Origin: Felis catus
Taxonomy: Eukaryota
Direction: 5' to 3'
Assembly (NCBI RefSeq): GCF_018350175.1
Contig: NC_058368.1
Coordinates: 163,620,001 to 163,684,000 of the forward strand
DNA: 64,000 nucleotides
Positions 37,100 through 49,441 of this stretch are shown here, piece by piece. Under the pieces are notes generated by a model. It was not told where the DNA came from, ran no database searches, and saw only the letters and a program-made list of their open reading frames with translations. Position 1 is the stretch's first letter. Each line of letters opens with the position of its first letter. Both the position numbers and the translations under genes were made by a program.

Positions 37100-38874
37100 C
37101 TGCTTTCCTCTCATCTGATGGTACAGAATGGCTTTCCATCTTTTTGCCCTTAGCAAAGGATGGGTAATTCTGGATACATCCTTTAAAAAAATGTTTTTTT
37201 TCCTGGTGTACGGCAAGTCTTAATTTCCCTAGGCATATCTTAGTTTAGGGAAAACGTTCCCATGGCAAAGATAAAAAATATTCGATAAAAATCTTTTTAT
37301 ATATTTTCCTATAATTTCTCTTGAAGCTTAGAAGTGGGCTAAGAGTTGTGTGATGTAGCCGTTGCTAGGGAAACTTGCTTTTTAGTGAGCAGCAATTTTC
37401 CAAAGCAGATGCATTTCCTCTCTTACTAATGAGTGTGTAAATGGTACCTCTATTGCTTTTTGCCTCCATATTTTGGAAACAACTTGAACTATTTGCTTAG
37501 GACAGCAGACATCTGCTTTATAAAATTGAGGCAGACAGACTCCTAGAATGTCTTATTTATATGCAACTTGTGCTGCATATTTCAAAAGCACATTTGCTGT
37601 TCTGCACTTTCTTGTTAGGAGACATTTTACACCTGTTAATGGCAGAAATAATTGCTTAGATTAAAAAAAGCAGTCCTCTCTCAAAGGTTTAACTGTGTTT
37701 GGTTGCATTGTGCATCTCATTCCCATTGAGCCAATGGTAGAGAGGCGAACTTTCCTGATATGGGCTGGGCAGCAGGCTGGAAGTCGTGCTACATAATAGC
37801 AAACTGAATATTGTTATGCAAAGTTGAGCGGGAGCAAGGCTATTTCAGAGGCAATAACGTTTCCTTCCAGTTCACTGATCCACTAATTTCTATTCACTTT
37901 AAACTGCTCTTGTATTTTTCAAAGGGAAAAAAAAAAGCTATTTTCTACCATTTGCACTGTTCTAATCTTTGGCTTTGAACAGAATCTGCCTGGATAATAA
38001 GGAGGAATGGTCACCCTCCTGCTTTTACAGACAGCTGGTAATGGGTCCAAACACATGCAAATAAGGAGCAGAGCTATTTCCATAAAAGGTGGAGCCACAT
38101 GCCCTCTAATTATGCTCTCTGATTTTAGACAGAGGGGAAAGATGGATTTAAGGAATTAGGAGAGAGAAAAGGCCAGAAAAGGAAGGCAGCAGCTTGGATA
38201 ACATAAAAGATTATCTGAGCAAAAGATAATGTACTCACATTTTTAAAAAGTATCCCCCTCCCTGAAAGAGTCCTCAAAAAGTTTCTAAATTGGGTGGCTT
38301 TTTACAGTACCACTGAAATGAGAGTATTATTCTGCTTATTAGTTTAAATTTATAAGAATGGCCCTCTGATATGATTATACATGTCTTTTTCTTTTTGTTA
38401 AATCATTTACTCTTTTTTTTTTCTCCTGGAAGTTTTGTACCCCTTAACAATCTTCCTTAAAGGGATTAAAGTTGCATATTAGCATTGGGTATATTATGTG
38501 AATGGTTTTAGATCTCAGTTTATTCAACTTGAAGCCCCCCCCCCCCACCTTTTTTAAACTAAATAATATACTCTCTTAATATAGTTTCAAGCTGACTTGG
38601 CATTCTGGCTGTGGCATGTGTAAGGGAGAATAGAAAGGAATGCAGTATTCTTCTAATATATCTTATACAAGATTATCAAGAGGATTCTACTGTACACAGA
38701 ATGAGAGCGGAATTTTCTAACAAGTTACTTTGAATAGGGACTTTCTCTGTGGTTTTAATGAGGTTATTGTACCTTTTCCCATTCCTGTATTGAGAATATA
38801 AATTACCTTGCTTCTATGGAATTGTGAGATTTTTTTTACCCAAGTTAGATATCAGAATAAAGTTTTCTATTCTT

Positions 38875-39096
38875 TTAAAAAAAATTTTTTTTTAACATTT
38901 ATTCATTTTTGAAAGACAGAGACAGAGTGCGAATGGGGAAGGGGTAGAGAGAGAGGGAGACACAGAATTTGAAGCAGGCTCCAGGCTCCAAGCTGCCAGC
39001 AAGGAGCAGGACGCAGGGCTCAAACTCAAAGACTGCAAGATCATGACCTGAGCTGAAGTCAGCGGCCCAACTGGCTGAGCCACCTAGGCGTGCCCC
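38875..39096 (-). mobile_element. CanSINE
   Basis: TSD taaagttt(t/g)ctattctt. Confidence 0.92.
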
Positions 39097-39159
39097 TAAA
39101 GTTTGCTATTCTTGATAGTCTTTTTTTTTTTTGGGGGGGGGAACTTTTTAAATTAAGCC

Positions 39160-39490
39160 CCAGACTTCATTTGGACCTCACCGGTTTTTCTGTTAATGTC
39201 CTCTTTTGGTTCTAGGATCCAGTACCGGGCGCCATGATGCATTTGTCACCTCCCCTCCCTCGGTTCTGCTGGTTTTTGACAGTTTCTCAGTTTTTCCTCC
39301 CCCACCCCCCACTCCCACCAAGACCTTGATGGTCTTGAGCAGTATTGGACACATCTGCTATAGACTATCTCAAACCTGGATTTGTCTGATTTTCTTTCTT
39401 TCTCCCTTTCTTTCTTTTTTTTTTTTTCAAGGTTAGGGTACGGTTGTGGGTTTTGGAAAGAATACCACAAAGATAAGAACATGATATCCA
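39160..39490 (-). mobile_element. Old L1MC-like 3'UTR fragment
   Basis: ctaggatcca...gatttgtctgat...gggttttggaaagaataccaca motifs. Confidence 0.6.
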
Positions 39491-39505
39491 CATCAGGGTG
39501 GTCCT

Positions 39506-39917
39506 TATTTTAGTCATTTTGGGCTGCTATAACAAAGCACTGTAGACTGGGTAGTTTAAATAAGAGACATTTATTTCTCACAGTTCCAGAGGCTAAGTCC
39601 AAGATCAGGGTGCTAACAGATTTGGTTCCTGATTAGAGCTCTCTTCCTGGCTTGCAGCCAGCCACTCACTTTATCCCTACATAGCCATGAGGGTGGGGGG
39701 AGAGGAAGGAGACAGAGAGAAAGAGAAAAAGCAGATAGGGAGAGAGTGAGCTCTGGCCTCTTCTTCTTACAAGGACATTAATCCCATTATGAGGGCCCTA
39801 CCCATCTAAAGCTAATTAGCTTCCATAGACCCTGCCTCCAAACACCAGCTCACTGGGGGTTAGGGCTTCAGGATATGAACGGGGCAGGGAGGGGGGATGC
39901 ATATTCAGTCCATAATA
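39506..39917 (-). mobile_element. MaLR solo LTR (MLT1A-like)
   Basis: gggctgctataacaaa...tttatttctcacagttc...attcagtccataata; 5-bp TSD gtcct/gccct. Confidence 0.85.
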
Positions 39918-40176
39918 GCCCTAAGCCAATAGAACTGGTGTCCTTGTAAGAAGAGGAAATTAAGACAGAGGGACGAATAGATCAGACACTACCATGTGAG
40001 GACACAATGAGAAATTGGCCATCTGCAAGCCAAGGAAAGAGACCTCAGAAAATATCAAAACTGCCAACACCTTGATATTGGACTCCCAGCCTCAAGATTG
40101 TGAGAAATAAATTTTTGTTGGCTAAGCTACCCAGTCTCTGGTACTTTGTTACGGTAGTCCTACCAAACTAATACAA
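39918..40176 (+). mobile_element. MaLR LTR 3' part (MLT1B-like)
   Basis: ctggtgtccttgtaagaagagg...gccatctgcaagccaagg...aaactaataca. Confidence 0.85.
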
Positions 40177-40489
40177 GTGATATATTTATATATGTATTTT
40201 TAAACACTTTGAAATTAGCAGTCCTGTGTGGGAGAAAGGTATTAATGAAACAACGAAATGATGGTGATGGTGGGGAAAATAGTTATAGAGAGTATGAAAG
40301 CATCCAATGAGGGGACCTGATCCAATTGGGGCTAGTATGGGAAGTAGGGGAGAAATGGACAAGTAACGTTTTACTCAGGAAGCCACACTTAAGTTGAGAG
40401 CTGAGAAAGCCAGAAGGCCAGCACACTGAGGGCAAGGGCAGGCGAGGTAGACAAGCACATTGCCACAGAAAGGGATTTTGCTTCTTTCA

Positions 40490-41222
40490 GTTGGCGTCCT
40501 TCTCCACATGGGCCTCTCCACAGGGCTGCTTGAGTGTCCTCACAAATGACAGCTGATTTCTCCAGAAGAAAACATTCCAGAAAGTAAGGCAGAAGTTGCA
40601 TTGGCTTTTATGAGCTCGCAAAGGAAATCACACGCTGTTGCTTCTGCCATTTTTATTGATTACTGTGGTAAACGGAGTAATAATCCCTCAAAGATATCCT
40701 AAAACAATGGAACTTGTAAATATGTTATCTTCTTTGGCAAAGGGAATTTACAGGTGTTGTTAAGTTAGGATTTTGAGATGGGTAGAGTAGCCTGGATTAT
40801 CCAGGTGGATCTAATATAATGAAAGGGTTCTTATAAGTAAAATAGGCAGGCAGGAGAATTAGAGGCAGAGAGGGAAATCTGATTGCAGACATCGGTGTCA
40901 GAGCGGTGTGATTGCTGGCTGGAAGGAATCCACGAGCCAAGGAAGCTGGAAAAGGCAAGGAAACAGATTCTCACTGAGAGATTCCACAGAAAACACACCC
41001 TGTTGACACCTTGACATGAGCGCGTTGTGGCCACTTTTGAACTTCTCGCTTCCAGAACTTGAAGGTACTAAATTCACATGGTTTAAAGTAGCTAGATGTG
41101 TGGTAACTTGTTACAGCAGCAGGAGGGTGTTAATGCCGTCTGGCAGCCATGATTCACTGTGGGAAGGAACTACACCCAGGGGTGGGTTCCAGGAGTCAGG
41201 GAGCATTAGAAGCCATCTTGGG
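40490..41222. mobile_element. Old MLT1 LTR (minus) interrupted by an MLT1D-like LTR (plus, about 40663-41135)
   Basis: ctccacatgggcctctcca...cttgagtgtcctcac outside; ggattttgagatggg...ctggattatccaggtgg...tgtggtaacttgttacagcagc inside. Confidence 0.72.
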
Positions 41223-41671
41223 TGACACAAAGGATCTGTCTGCTTTTAAGGTTTCGATATCTGTATTGTCAACCTGCTCCGTAGAAGGTTTTTTTGAATC
41301 TCTACAACCAGAAATTTGGATAAATACAGATTTCAGCAAGATCAGAGAAAGGGTCTTTCAAAGGAGCAATCTTTCCTGCCCCTGCATCCTCCGGGAAGTG
41401 GAAGAGAATACAAGGCGAAGTAGGCTCTTTAACTGCCCAACTTCTTTTCTTCTGACCTAGTGGGAGAGTAGGTAGCAAATGGGAGGGCTACAGCCAGAGG
41501 ACCTATTTCCATGTTTCTTGAGACCATTTTCTTTTCCTACCACAGTTGATTCTGACCTCCTTCCCTAAAAGGGGATTCCTAGTTGCAATTCCATAAATGT
41601 ATTTTTTCCTGACAGAATTTAAGAACTACATCAGACTTTAAAGCCAAGAGATTCCTAAATAGGAGACAAAC

Positions 41672-41829
41672 ATTTTTTTTAAGTTTATTTATTTTGAGAG
41701 AGAGAGAGAAAGCAAGCAGGCACTATGCACAGAGCCCAATGTGGGGCTCGATCTAATGAACTGGGAGATCATGACCTGACCTGAAATAAAGAGTCAGACA
41801 CTTAACTGGCTGAGCCACCCAGGCACGCC
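41672..41829 (-). mobile_element. CanSINE, internally deleted
   Basis: Tail and head present, middle missing. Confidence 0.85.
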
Positions 41830-42539
41830 TAGGTGAATTTTTTGTTCCCTTTGAGTATTATTCTGAGACTTGTCTCTCAACCAGGTGAACATTTTCATAC
41901 TGTTTCAAAAAGACGAGCTTGAAATGAAGACGTGTGTTTAAGAGAAAGCAAGTGATCTCCGTAGCAGCTGAGGTGAGCCTGTTCTTTGCAGAAAGCAAAG
42001 TCTGTGCTGGGGAAAAATTTTAAAGCTTATCTCTGGCTCCCTGTTGATCATGCCTAATATCTGAATGTGTTTTCATAATGTGGATATTATATTACAGTTT
42101 TTGGCCACAATGAGTGAGGGAAGACTAATTTGTCCTACAGAGTATGTGCTGCCCAACAGAGACCTGCCAAGCAGGGGTCTTTCTTATTTTGGAAGCCATT
42201 ATCTTTTTCCTAGAAGATATGAAATGCTTTAAAACGAATTAAACCAAGAAAGGAGATATGCCAGTGAGCAGATGGATTTCCAGCAAGGAAGTCCAGATCT
42301 CACCGTGCACTTTCCCAGGTTTTCCCCATGAAACTCACCCAATTTCTCAAAGGGGATTTAGAGGCCACTTAGTTCCCCTCATCACATAAGTGAGGGATCC
42401 AAGGGCTAGAGGCTTGATCTGCCGTAAAACTCGGCATCTGTGAGCACTAGGCTAAGTCCTTCAGGGAAAAGAATACAGTTTATTTATCCTGCAAGTGGTT
42501 TTCTCTTGACTTTCTTTTCCCTCTCCCCTTGTAATCAGA

Positions 42540-42990
42540 CAGGAACTTTCAGCTGAAAAGTCTTGGAAACCACAACTCAAGCCTGTTTGAGCCTATCATT
42601 GAATAACCTAACTTAAAAAATCCCCAGGGAGGTTTGACTCTCAGGAGGTTTGACTAAGTGCTTTCTCCAAGGCCCTGATTTCTCTCTGTCCCTTGGTTCT
42701 ACATCCTCTGTGTCAGAGCCATTTTCAAATACACTCTGTCCTGGCAGTGATACCAGCTTCTCATTCTCCAGGTTTACCTCTGGTAGGAGAGAGTTCTTGT
42801 CTCTCTCGTGGCTGCCCACCAAGTTTCCAGCCTCCTATTGTCAGTGATCGGGTCCGATGCTCATCACTTAACCAATATCATCGGCTGGGACGTTGCACTA
42901 CTCTGCTTTGTCTCTGAGCTGTGTGCCATAACCCTGGAGCCAGTGGGTAGAGCCGATACTTAATCACAGGGACTGAGAGTTGCAGGAAAT
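42540..42990 (-). mobile_element. Very old MLT1K/L-like LTR remnant
   Basis: ctttcagctgaaaag...gaaaccacaactcaa start motif only. Confidence 0.4.
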
Positions 42991-42997
42991 TTTGGGT

Positions 42998-43000
<3 letters not shown>

Positions 43001-43044
<44 letters not shown>

Positions 43045-43251
43045 AATGTTTATTTTTCAAAGAGAAAGAGACAGAATGAGAGCAGGCCAGGGGCAGAAAG
43101 AGAGACAGATAGAGACTCCAAATCCAAAGCAGATTCCAGGCTCTGAGCTGTCAACACAGAGCCTATATACCAGGGCTCAAACTGACAAACCATGAGATCA
43201 TGACCTGAGCCAGAGTCAGGCTCTTAACCGACTGAACCACCAATGCACCCC
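43001..43251 (-). mobile_element. CanSINE whose tail region is a (GT)~21 microsatellite
   Basis: TSD aaat(tt/cc)tgggtattgt encloses both the microsatellite and the SINE. Confidence 0.9.
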
Positions 43252-43487
43252 AAAATCCTGGGTATTGTTAACAAAAGAAGGGCAATGGATTCTGTCTGGC
43301 CCCCAGGTTCCAAATGTTTTTCTGTATTCACGTTTAAAATTTCTTCCTTGCTTGTTTACATTTAATTTATTGAGCACCTATGTACCAAGACTATAATTAG
43401 GATAAAACAGACTAGGTCTCTGACACATGGAGTTTGTAATCTGAGGGAAGGATAACAAACAAGCATTAAGATAAATAATCCCACAAA

Positions 43488-43741
43488 TAGGTGAAGTAAG
43501 AAATCAAGTGGTTTAGTGCTTGTATATTAAAGATATGTGCTGTAAATATAGACTCATAATGTGCTGTCTGGAATATTTTCTTCAAAGTTGTCTGGGTTTG
43601 TGGAGGAAGGTGGGAGTGTAGCTGAAGTAAAATTTGATAGGTAGTTGATGAAGCTAGTTGATGGGTATATGGGAATCCATGTACTATTCTCTCTGCTTCT
43701 GTATATGTTTGAAATATTCTATGATAAAAAGTTTAAGAAAG
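43488..43741 (+). mobile_element. Old L1M 3' end, probably within an L2 fragment
   Basis: gatgggtatatggga...tattctctct...gtatatgtttgaaat; flanking repeat aatcccaca. Confidence 0.7.
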
Positions 43742-43786
43742 CAATCCCACAGAAAAACAGGCTTTGGGAGAAGTGACATGGAATGG

Positions 43787-44129
43787 AAAATATATATGTA
43801 AAATTATATATATAATATATGTTATATATAATAATATAAATATACTTATTAAATAAATTATAAAATAAATTTAGTAAATTATCAATATTAATATATTAAA
43901 ATTAAAATTATCAATATATTAATATATTATCCAATATATTCATTTAATTTAATTATTATTAATTATTTAATATTTAATATATTAAAATTAAAATTATTAA
44001 TATATTTATTTAACAATTTGTTAAATTTAATATAATAGATAATATAATATAAATATTATATTATAATATTATATATAATAAAATATAAATATTATATTAT
44101 TATAATATATATAATAAAAAATATATATG
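43787..44129. repeat. About 340 bp of almost pure A/T low-complexity sequence
   Basis: Very few G/C; internal direct and inverted repeats. Confidence 0.95.
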
Positions 44130-44159
44130 GAGGGCTATATCCACCCTGGAGTGTTTCCA

Positions 44160-44555
44160 AGGTAAATAAAACAGTATGTGCAAAGGTCCTGTCTACTGCT
44201 GTGAACAAGGCCCTGTGCCTAATGTTGGGGGTATACAGGGATGAACCAAGTTTGGTCTCCACCATCATGTTGTCTACAGTTTATGTGGGAGACAAACACA
44301 AAAACATTCAAACACAATAAACCGGATACACTTCAACACTGAGAAAGCAGAGTAAGTGCAGTAGAGGTTAACATCCTAGAGGAAGTCAAGATGAATGTAC
44401 CAGTGGAGGAGAGGGAGGAGGGGAGAGCAGAAGAGGAAGATTGGGAAAGGCTTCCTGGAGAAGCAGGTATTTAAGTGGCCCTTAGGGGTGGGTAGAATTC
44501 CCATAAGGGGAGGGGCAGGGAAGGACACTCCAGGCAGAGGCAAGTGCATGGTGCG
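44160..44555 (-). mobile_element. L2 fragments
   Basis: gggaaaggcttcctggag...ccaggcagagg...gcatggtgc. Confidence 0.6.
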
Positions 44556-45707
44556 TCTTCTGGCCTATTTTTGTCTGGGGTTCCCACCTGTAGCTTTGTC
44601 TCCACATTGTTCCAGCTTCTGGGGGAAAGGAGGTTCCTCCCATCAACCCTCCCTCCCCTGGGTTCTGGGAAGTCTCAGAGCACAGACCCCACATTCAGTG
44701 CTCTTGGCCTCCCCCTCCCTGTGTCCCACGCAAAGTGATCCTACCCTCACGCTTCCTGCTGTTGCTGCTTATGTGACTCGTATTGGTGGGCGGCTGTTAG
44801 CAAGTTCATAATTAGGATGGTCTTCTTAGCGGTTTGAGGTCAAGATTGCAGAGGATCAGAATTTGCCTCAGCAGAATGGAATACACTTGAGTGAGTGGCA
44901 GAGGAGTTTTCATTGTATGCTGTGGCTGTCACGGGGAACGACACTGCCATCCTTTTCTGTTCCACCTACTTTGTAAAGCGTTTAAAGAAACAAGCTTGAG
45001 GAGTGCCTCTTGAGAAGTGGGAGGAGTAGTGGGAGAGAAAGTTTCCCTCTCAGGAGCACATGTGACAAGTCTCTCTCTGATGTCTTTTGCATAAATAGTG
45101 GGATTCCCACGTAAGACTTAGTCTTAAATAAAACAAAAGATTGAAAGCCTTTCTGTTTTCAAAGATTGCTTCAAGAGCTGTCTATGTTGAATACCTGAAG
45201 GTGTTTTTCTTGCCCTAAAATAATTTGTATATGGTGAAAGTGAAGGTGAGGTCTTGCTGCACTGAATGTTTTTGAACCTTTTAGCATTTACAGCCAGAGT
45301 TGACACTCAAGCAGTATTAAGGGATTCGCACCTACTAGGGAAAAGGAGGCAAGCTTTGATCAGAAAAAGGGTTTATTGACAGGCTGGTATTAAGCGACTG
45401 TAGCAGACAATTTGGAACAGGGCTCCTGTTAGAACCCCTCAGGTTTATAGCTACTCAGCAAATGTTAAAAAGGCCATTCCTCTAGCTGGAGGCAGTTCCA
45501 GGCCAACTTGCTAGAACTTGGTGCTCAGAGCACCTGCTGGGTTTCGGTGCCTACTCTGTGCTTTAGTCTAGAGACTTTGTTCATTGATTCACCTGCAGAC
45601 CTGTGGCTGCATTTACCAACAGGCTTAAGAGTTAGTAGCTACTCTGGTGTGAGTTGCTGAATTTCCTTATTTTTGCCAAGATTATATTTTCTTATTTATT
45701 ATTATAT

Positions 45708-45922
45708 ATTTTTTTTTAATTTTTTTTAACGTTTATTTATTTTTCAGATAGACAGCACGAACGGGGGAGGGGCAGAGAGAGAAGGAGACACAGAATCTGA
45801 AACAGGCTCCAGGCTCTGAGCTGTCAGCACAGAGCCCTACGCGGGGCTCGAACTCATGGACCATGAGGTCATGACCTGAGCTGAAGTCGGATGCTTAACC
45901 GACCGAGCCACCCAGGCGCCCC
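45708..45922 (-). mobile_element. CanSINE inserted into the A-tail of an older SINE
   Basis: TSD ttattattatat (45696-45707, 45923-45934). Confidence 0.93.
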
Positions 45923-45934
45923 TTATTATTATAT

Positions 45935-46132
45935 CTTAATGTTTATTTTTTTGAGAGACAGAGTGTGAGCGGTGGAAGGGGCAGAGAGAGAGAGGGGGAG
46001 ACACAGAATCTGAAGCAGGCACCAGGCTCTGGGCTGTCAGCACAGAACCCGATACAGGGCTCAAACTCAGGAATGGCAAGATCATGACCTAGGTTGAAGT
46101 CGGATGCTTAACCGACTGAGACACCAAGCCCC
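45935..46132 (-). mobile_element. Older host CanSINE
   Basis: Outer TSD ccaagattatattttctta/ccaagattacatactctta. Confidence 0.9.
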
Positions 46133-46162
46133 CCAAGATTACATACTCTTAAACTTGAGAGT

Positions 46163-46369
46163 TGTGATGGTTTATTTTATGTGTCACTTTGACTGGGCTA
46201 ATGGTTGCCCAGAGAACTGGTAAGATATTATTTCTAGGTGTGCCTGTGGGGATGTTTCTGTTTGGATCGGCATTTTAATCGGTAGATTGAATAAAGCAGA
46301 TTGTCTTCCCCCAGTGTGGGTGGGCATCATCCAGTACCTTCAGGGCCTGTATAGCAAGAAAAAGAAGAG

Positions 46370-46417
<48 letters not shown>

Positions 46418-46612
46418 GTCTCTCTCTGTCTGCCTAGCTAATTGAGCTGGGAAGTTGGATTTCCTCTCTCAGACAAACTGGGAGGTCCACCATTGTTGCT
46501 GCTGGTTCAGGCCTTCAGACTGTGGACTGGAAATATACCAAGGCTCTTGTGGCTCCAGCTTGCAGACTGTGGGACTTCTCAGCCTCCATAATCCTGTGAA
46601 CCAATAGGAATC
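46163..46612 (+). mobile_element. ERVL LTR (MLT2B-like) with internal (CT)n
   Basis: tgtgatggtttattttatgtgtcactttgactgggcta...gggacttctcagcctccataatc. Confidence 0.88.
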
Positions 46613-47029
46613 AATAATGGTATAAAATTGTTTGATTTTTTTTGTCACAAATACACCATGGAGTTTTCTTTTTCTTGACCAAAGGATGTTCATTCTCCAT
46701 TAGATGCACTTCATTTTTCTATCTGATTCCCCACATTACTTCTTTTCATACCACAGCATTGCTCATCTTCCTATTCTTTTTGTTTCAGACTACATTTTTA
46801 TAATACAATTCTGGACTCCTAAGTCTGTTCTGGGTATTCCAGGTTATTCACATCCATCTGGATAGGAATATTCTGGGGAAGGGTCAGGGAGTCAAATTTT
46901 TTATTTGGTTACTTTAGAAATGATTCATATCTCTAAAACTGTTAGCTTAAGAGTTCCTGCACATTCTGAAGTAAGAGATTTTTGAAGCTATTAAACAATA
47001 TAGATTTCATAAAAACTTTATATACTTGA

Positions 47030-47360
47030 TTTATTCATCCATATATTGAGTGCCAGGTACTGAGCTAGGTGTCATGGAGAAAACAGAGAAGATTATGACA
47101 TTGACCATGGCAACAAAGTTCTTACAGTTTAATGAGAGTAGACAAAAATAAACATATTATGGTACAAGACACAGTGGATCTAAAAAGCAAGTTCCTAGTG
47201 CTATAACAGTACAGATAAAGGAGAGCTCTCTTCTGGTTTGTAGGAGCTGGGAAAGCTTGATGGAAGTGACTTTGAACTAAGGTTGAAGAAATTGGATGAC
47301 AATGGGGTAGGGAGAGAATTACAGACAAATGGCATGGCAAAGCACAGACAATACTGGGGG
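47030..47360 (-). mobile_element. L2 fragment
   Basis: tattgagtgccaggtactgagctagg...ggaagtgactttgaactaag. Confidence 0.65.
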
Positions 47361-47409
47361 TGGGGTGGGGTGGGTATGCAGTTGGTTTTAACCGAAGGAT
47401 ATGGTATAA

Positions 47410-47630
47410 TGATAATAACAATGAGAGAAATTATTTACTGAGTACCTACTAGGTGGGTGCATTGTTTTAAATCTGTGAACCCTATAAGATAAGCATCATT
47501 ATTCCTTTTACAGATGGAAAGGTCATCTCCGACAAGTAACCTGCCCACAGATCTATAGCTGTTAAGTGGTGGTGTTGGGAGTGCAGATGTACCTGTCAAA
47601 AGCCTGTGTTCTTTCTACCGCACTACTACT
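47410..47630 (-). mobile_element. MIR
   Basis: atttactgagtacctacta...tttacagatgg...aagtaacctgccca. Confidence 0.7.
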
Positions 47631-47919
47631 GTCCTCAACTTGCGTATATGGAGGGAAAGATGCAGAATGGCATTTTATTCATTCAGTAGATTGTGTAGGG
47701 TAAGAAAGAAGAGGCAGAGGCAAGGGAAAGAATACGCTTTGATTGAAAAAGGCTTGTTCATAGGGTGTTTCTCTGGCAAAGGCATACTCATAGCCAGATG
47801 ACACTATAAAACTGATGTCGATGATAAGTAGGTGTCATTGGATGCCAAAAACAGGCCAACAGTTCTCTCATCTCTGATGCTCACAACTATATGTATCACA
47901 GTTAGGTGATTCATTACTC

Positions 47920-48110
47920 GGTGTGGTGGAAAGAACAGAGGTGTAGAGTCAGAGAGAACTTGGTTAGAATGTTGCCTTTACCCTTTTCTACGCTTTGAAC
48001 TAGATTAAATTAAGTAGGTTATTTAAATTCATGAGCCTCAGTATTCTCATCTGTAAAATGAGCATATATGCATATGTCATAGAGTTCTTATAAATGTTAG
48101 GAAAAAGTTT
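47920..48110 (+). mobile_element. MIR
   Basis: gtggtggaaagaaca...gagtcaga...tgagcctcagtattctcatctgtaaaatg. Confidence 0.7.
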
Positions 48111-49441
48111 TAAGAACTTATAATGCATTTTACACTAGACAAAGCAGAAAAATTAGGTAATAAAAATAAAATTCTACTGGAGAGGCAAGAGTATCTCTGA
48201 GCATATGTAAATGAAAAACATGATAATAGTATGATAAAAATATGAATATTCATAGTATCAAAATTAACCTACCTTTTATAAAGATTGTTCTTTCCTTTAC
48301 AAAAAGAATTCTATTCTAGACTAGGCAACTGAGGATTGACCATGAATTTAAAAAAATTCTAAGAACTGAGAGGATTTATATTAATGTATCTAATAGCAAA
48401 ATAGACGTAAAAACCATCAGTTATAGAATCTCATGAAAAATACAACGCATTCTACTGTGTTGAAATAGGCTTTTACATCCATTGTGTTAATGCAGTTCTG
48501 TCTGAATTTTTAATGACAGTTTTTAATTCTTTTTGAGAAAAAATTCAGTACATCAAAAGTAGGTCAGGCTGTGCATAGATTTCTTTTACTAGCTTGATGT
48601 ATGCTAACATAGTAGATTGAGAATTGAATCTTCTCAGAATGAAAAATGGATGATTCTGACATGTATATTGAGCATCAAAAATAATTATAAACATATTGAT
48701 TGAAAGTATTGCTCTGGTTGTTTTGAATGGAATATTCTTGCAAAAAACACTTGTCTAGAAGCCTTTGTTTTTGTTAATAGACTCTTTTAATTGAGACTCT
48801 TGTGTGGAAACCTCCCAGAGGGAAATCCTATAATTGCTGAAAGCAGGGAGGGAATGTACAGCATGCCAGATAATTTCAACCTCTTCAAGCCCTAGCCCCT
48901 AATGCTTTAATTGATCTCTTACCCTATCCCAGGGCACTGGACCTCGATTAACTTACCCAAAGAAATATTTGGAGCAACTTTTAAGCATATCCAACTATCA
49001 GAGTCTTGAGGATGTGTTGATGTTCATTTTGAAAAGCATCAAATAACTATTCCTAGAACATAAAGTGAAGAACCCTACTGAACTACATCAATAGTGTTAG
49101 AGATTTGTAAGGCAGAACCAAAGACACAAAACAAAACCCAAACCACAAACTGGGAAAGCGTATTCTCAAGAGTTCTTTTCAAGGCACTTGGGCACAATGC
49201 TGGAAAAGAAGTCTATCCTGCAAAACACTTCCTCATTCTTGCTATGGAGTGACCTATGCACAAAGTAGTTTTAAAAGTTGAATAAATGTTCACAATGAAC
49301 TGATGAGTCTATCCCTGCCTTGCAGTCTAAATCTGAGTAATTTGTTTCAACGTACATACGTATAAATGCTACAATATCATTTACTGCTCTTATAGTCTTA
49401 GTATTCCGGTATCACCAAGTCTTAAAAAAATTTATACATCT

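Noticed and set aside
44395..44811. 138-aa ORF
   Set aside because: Largely overlaps a purine-rich L2 fragment and has no protein-like features
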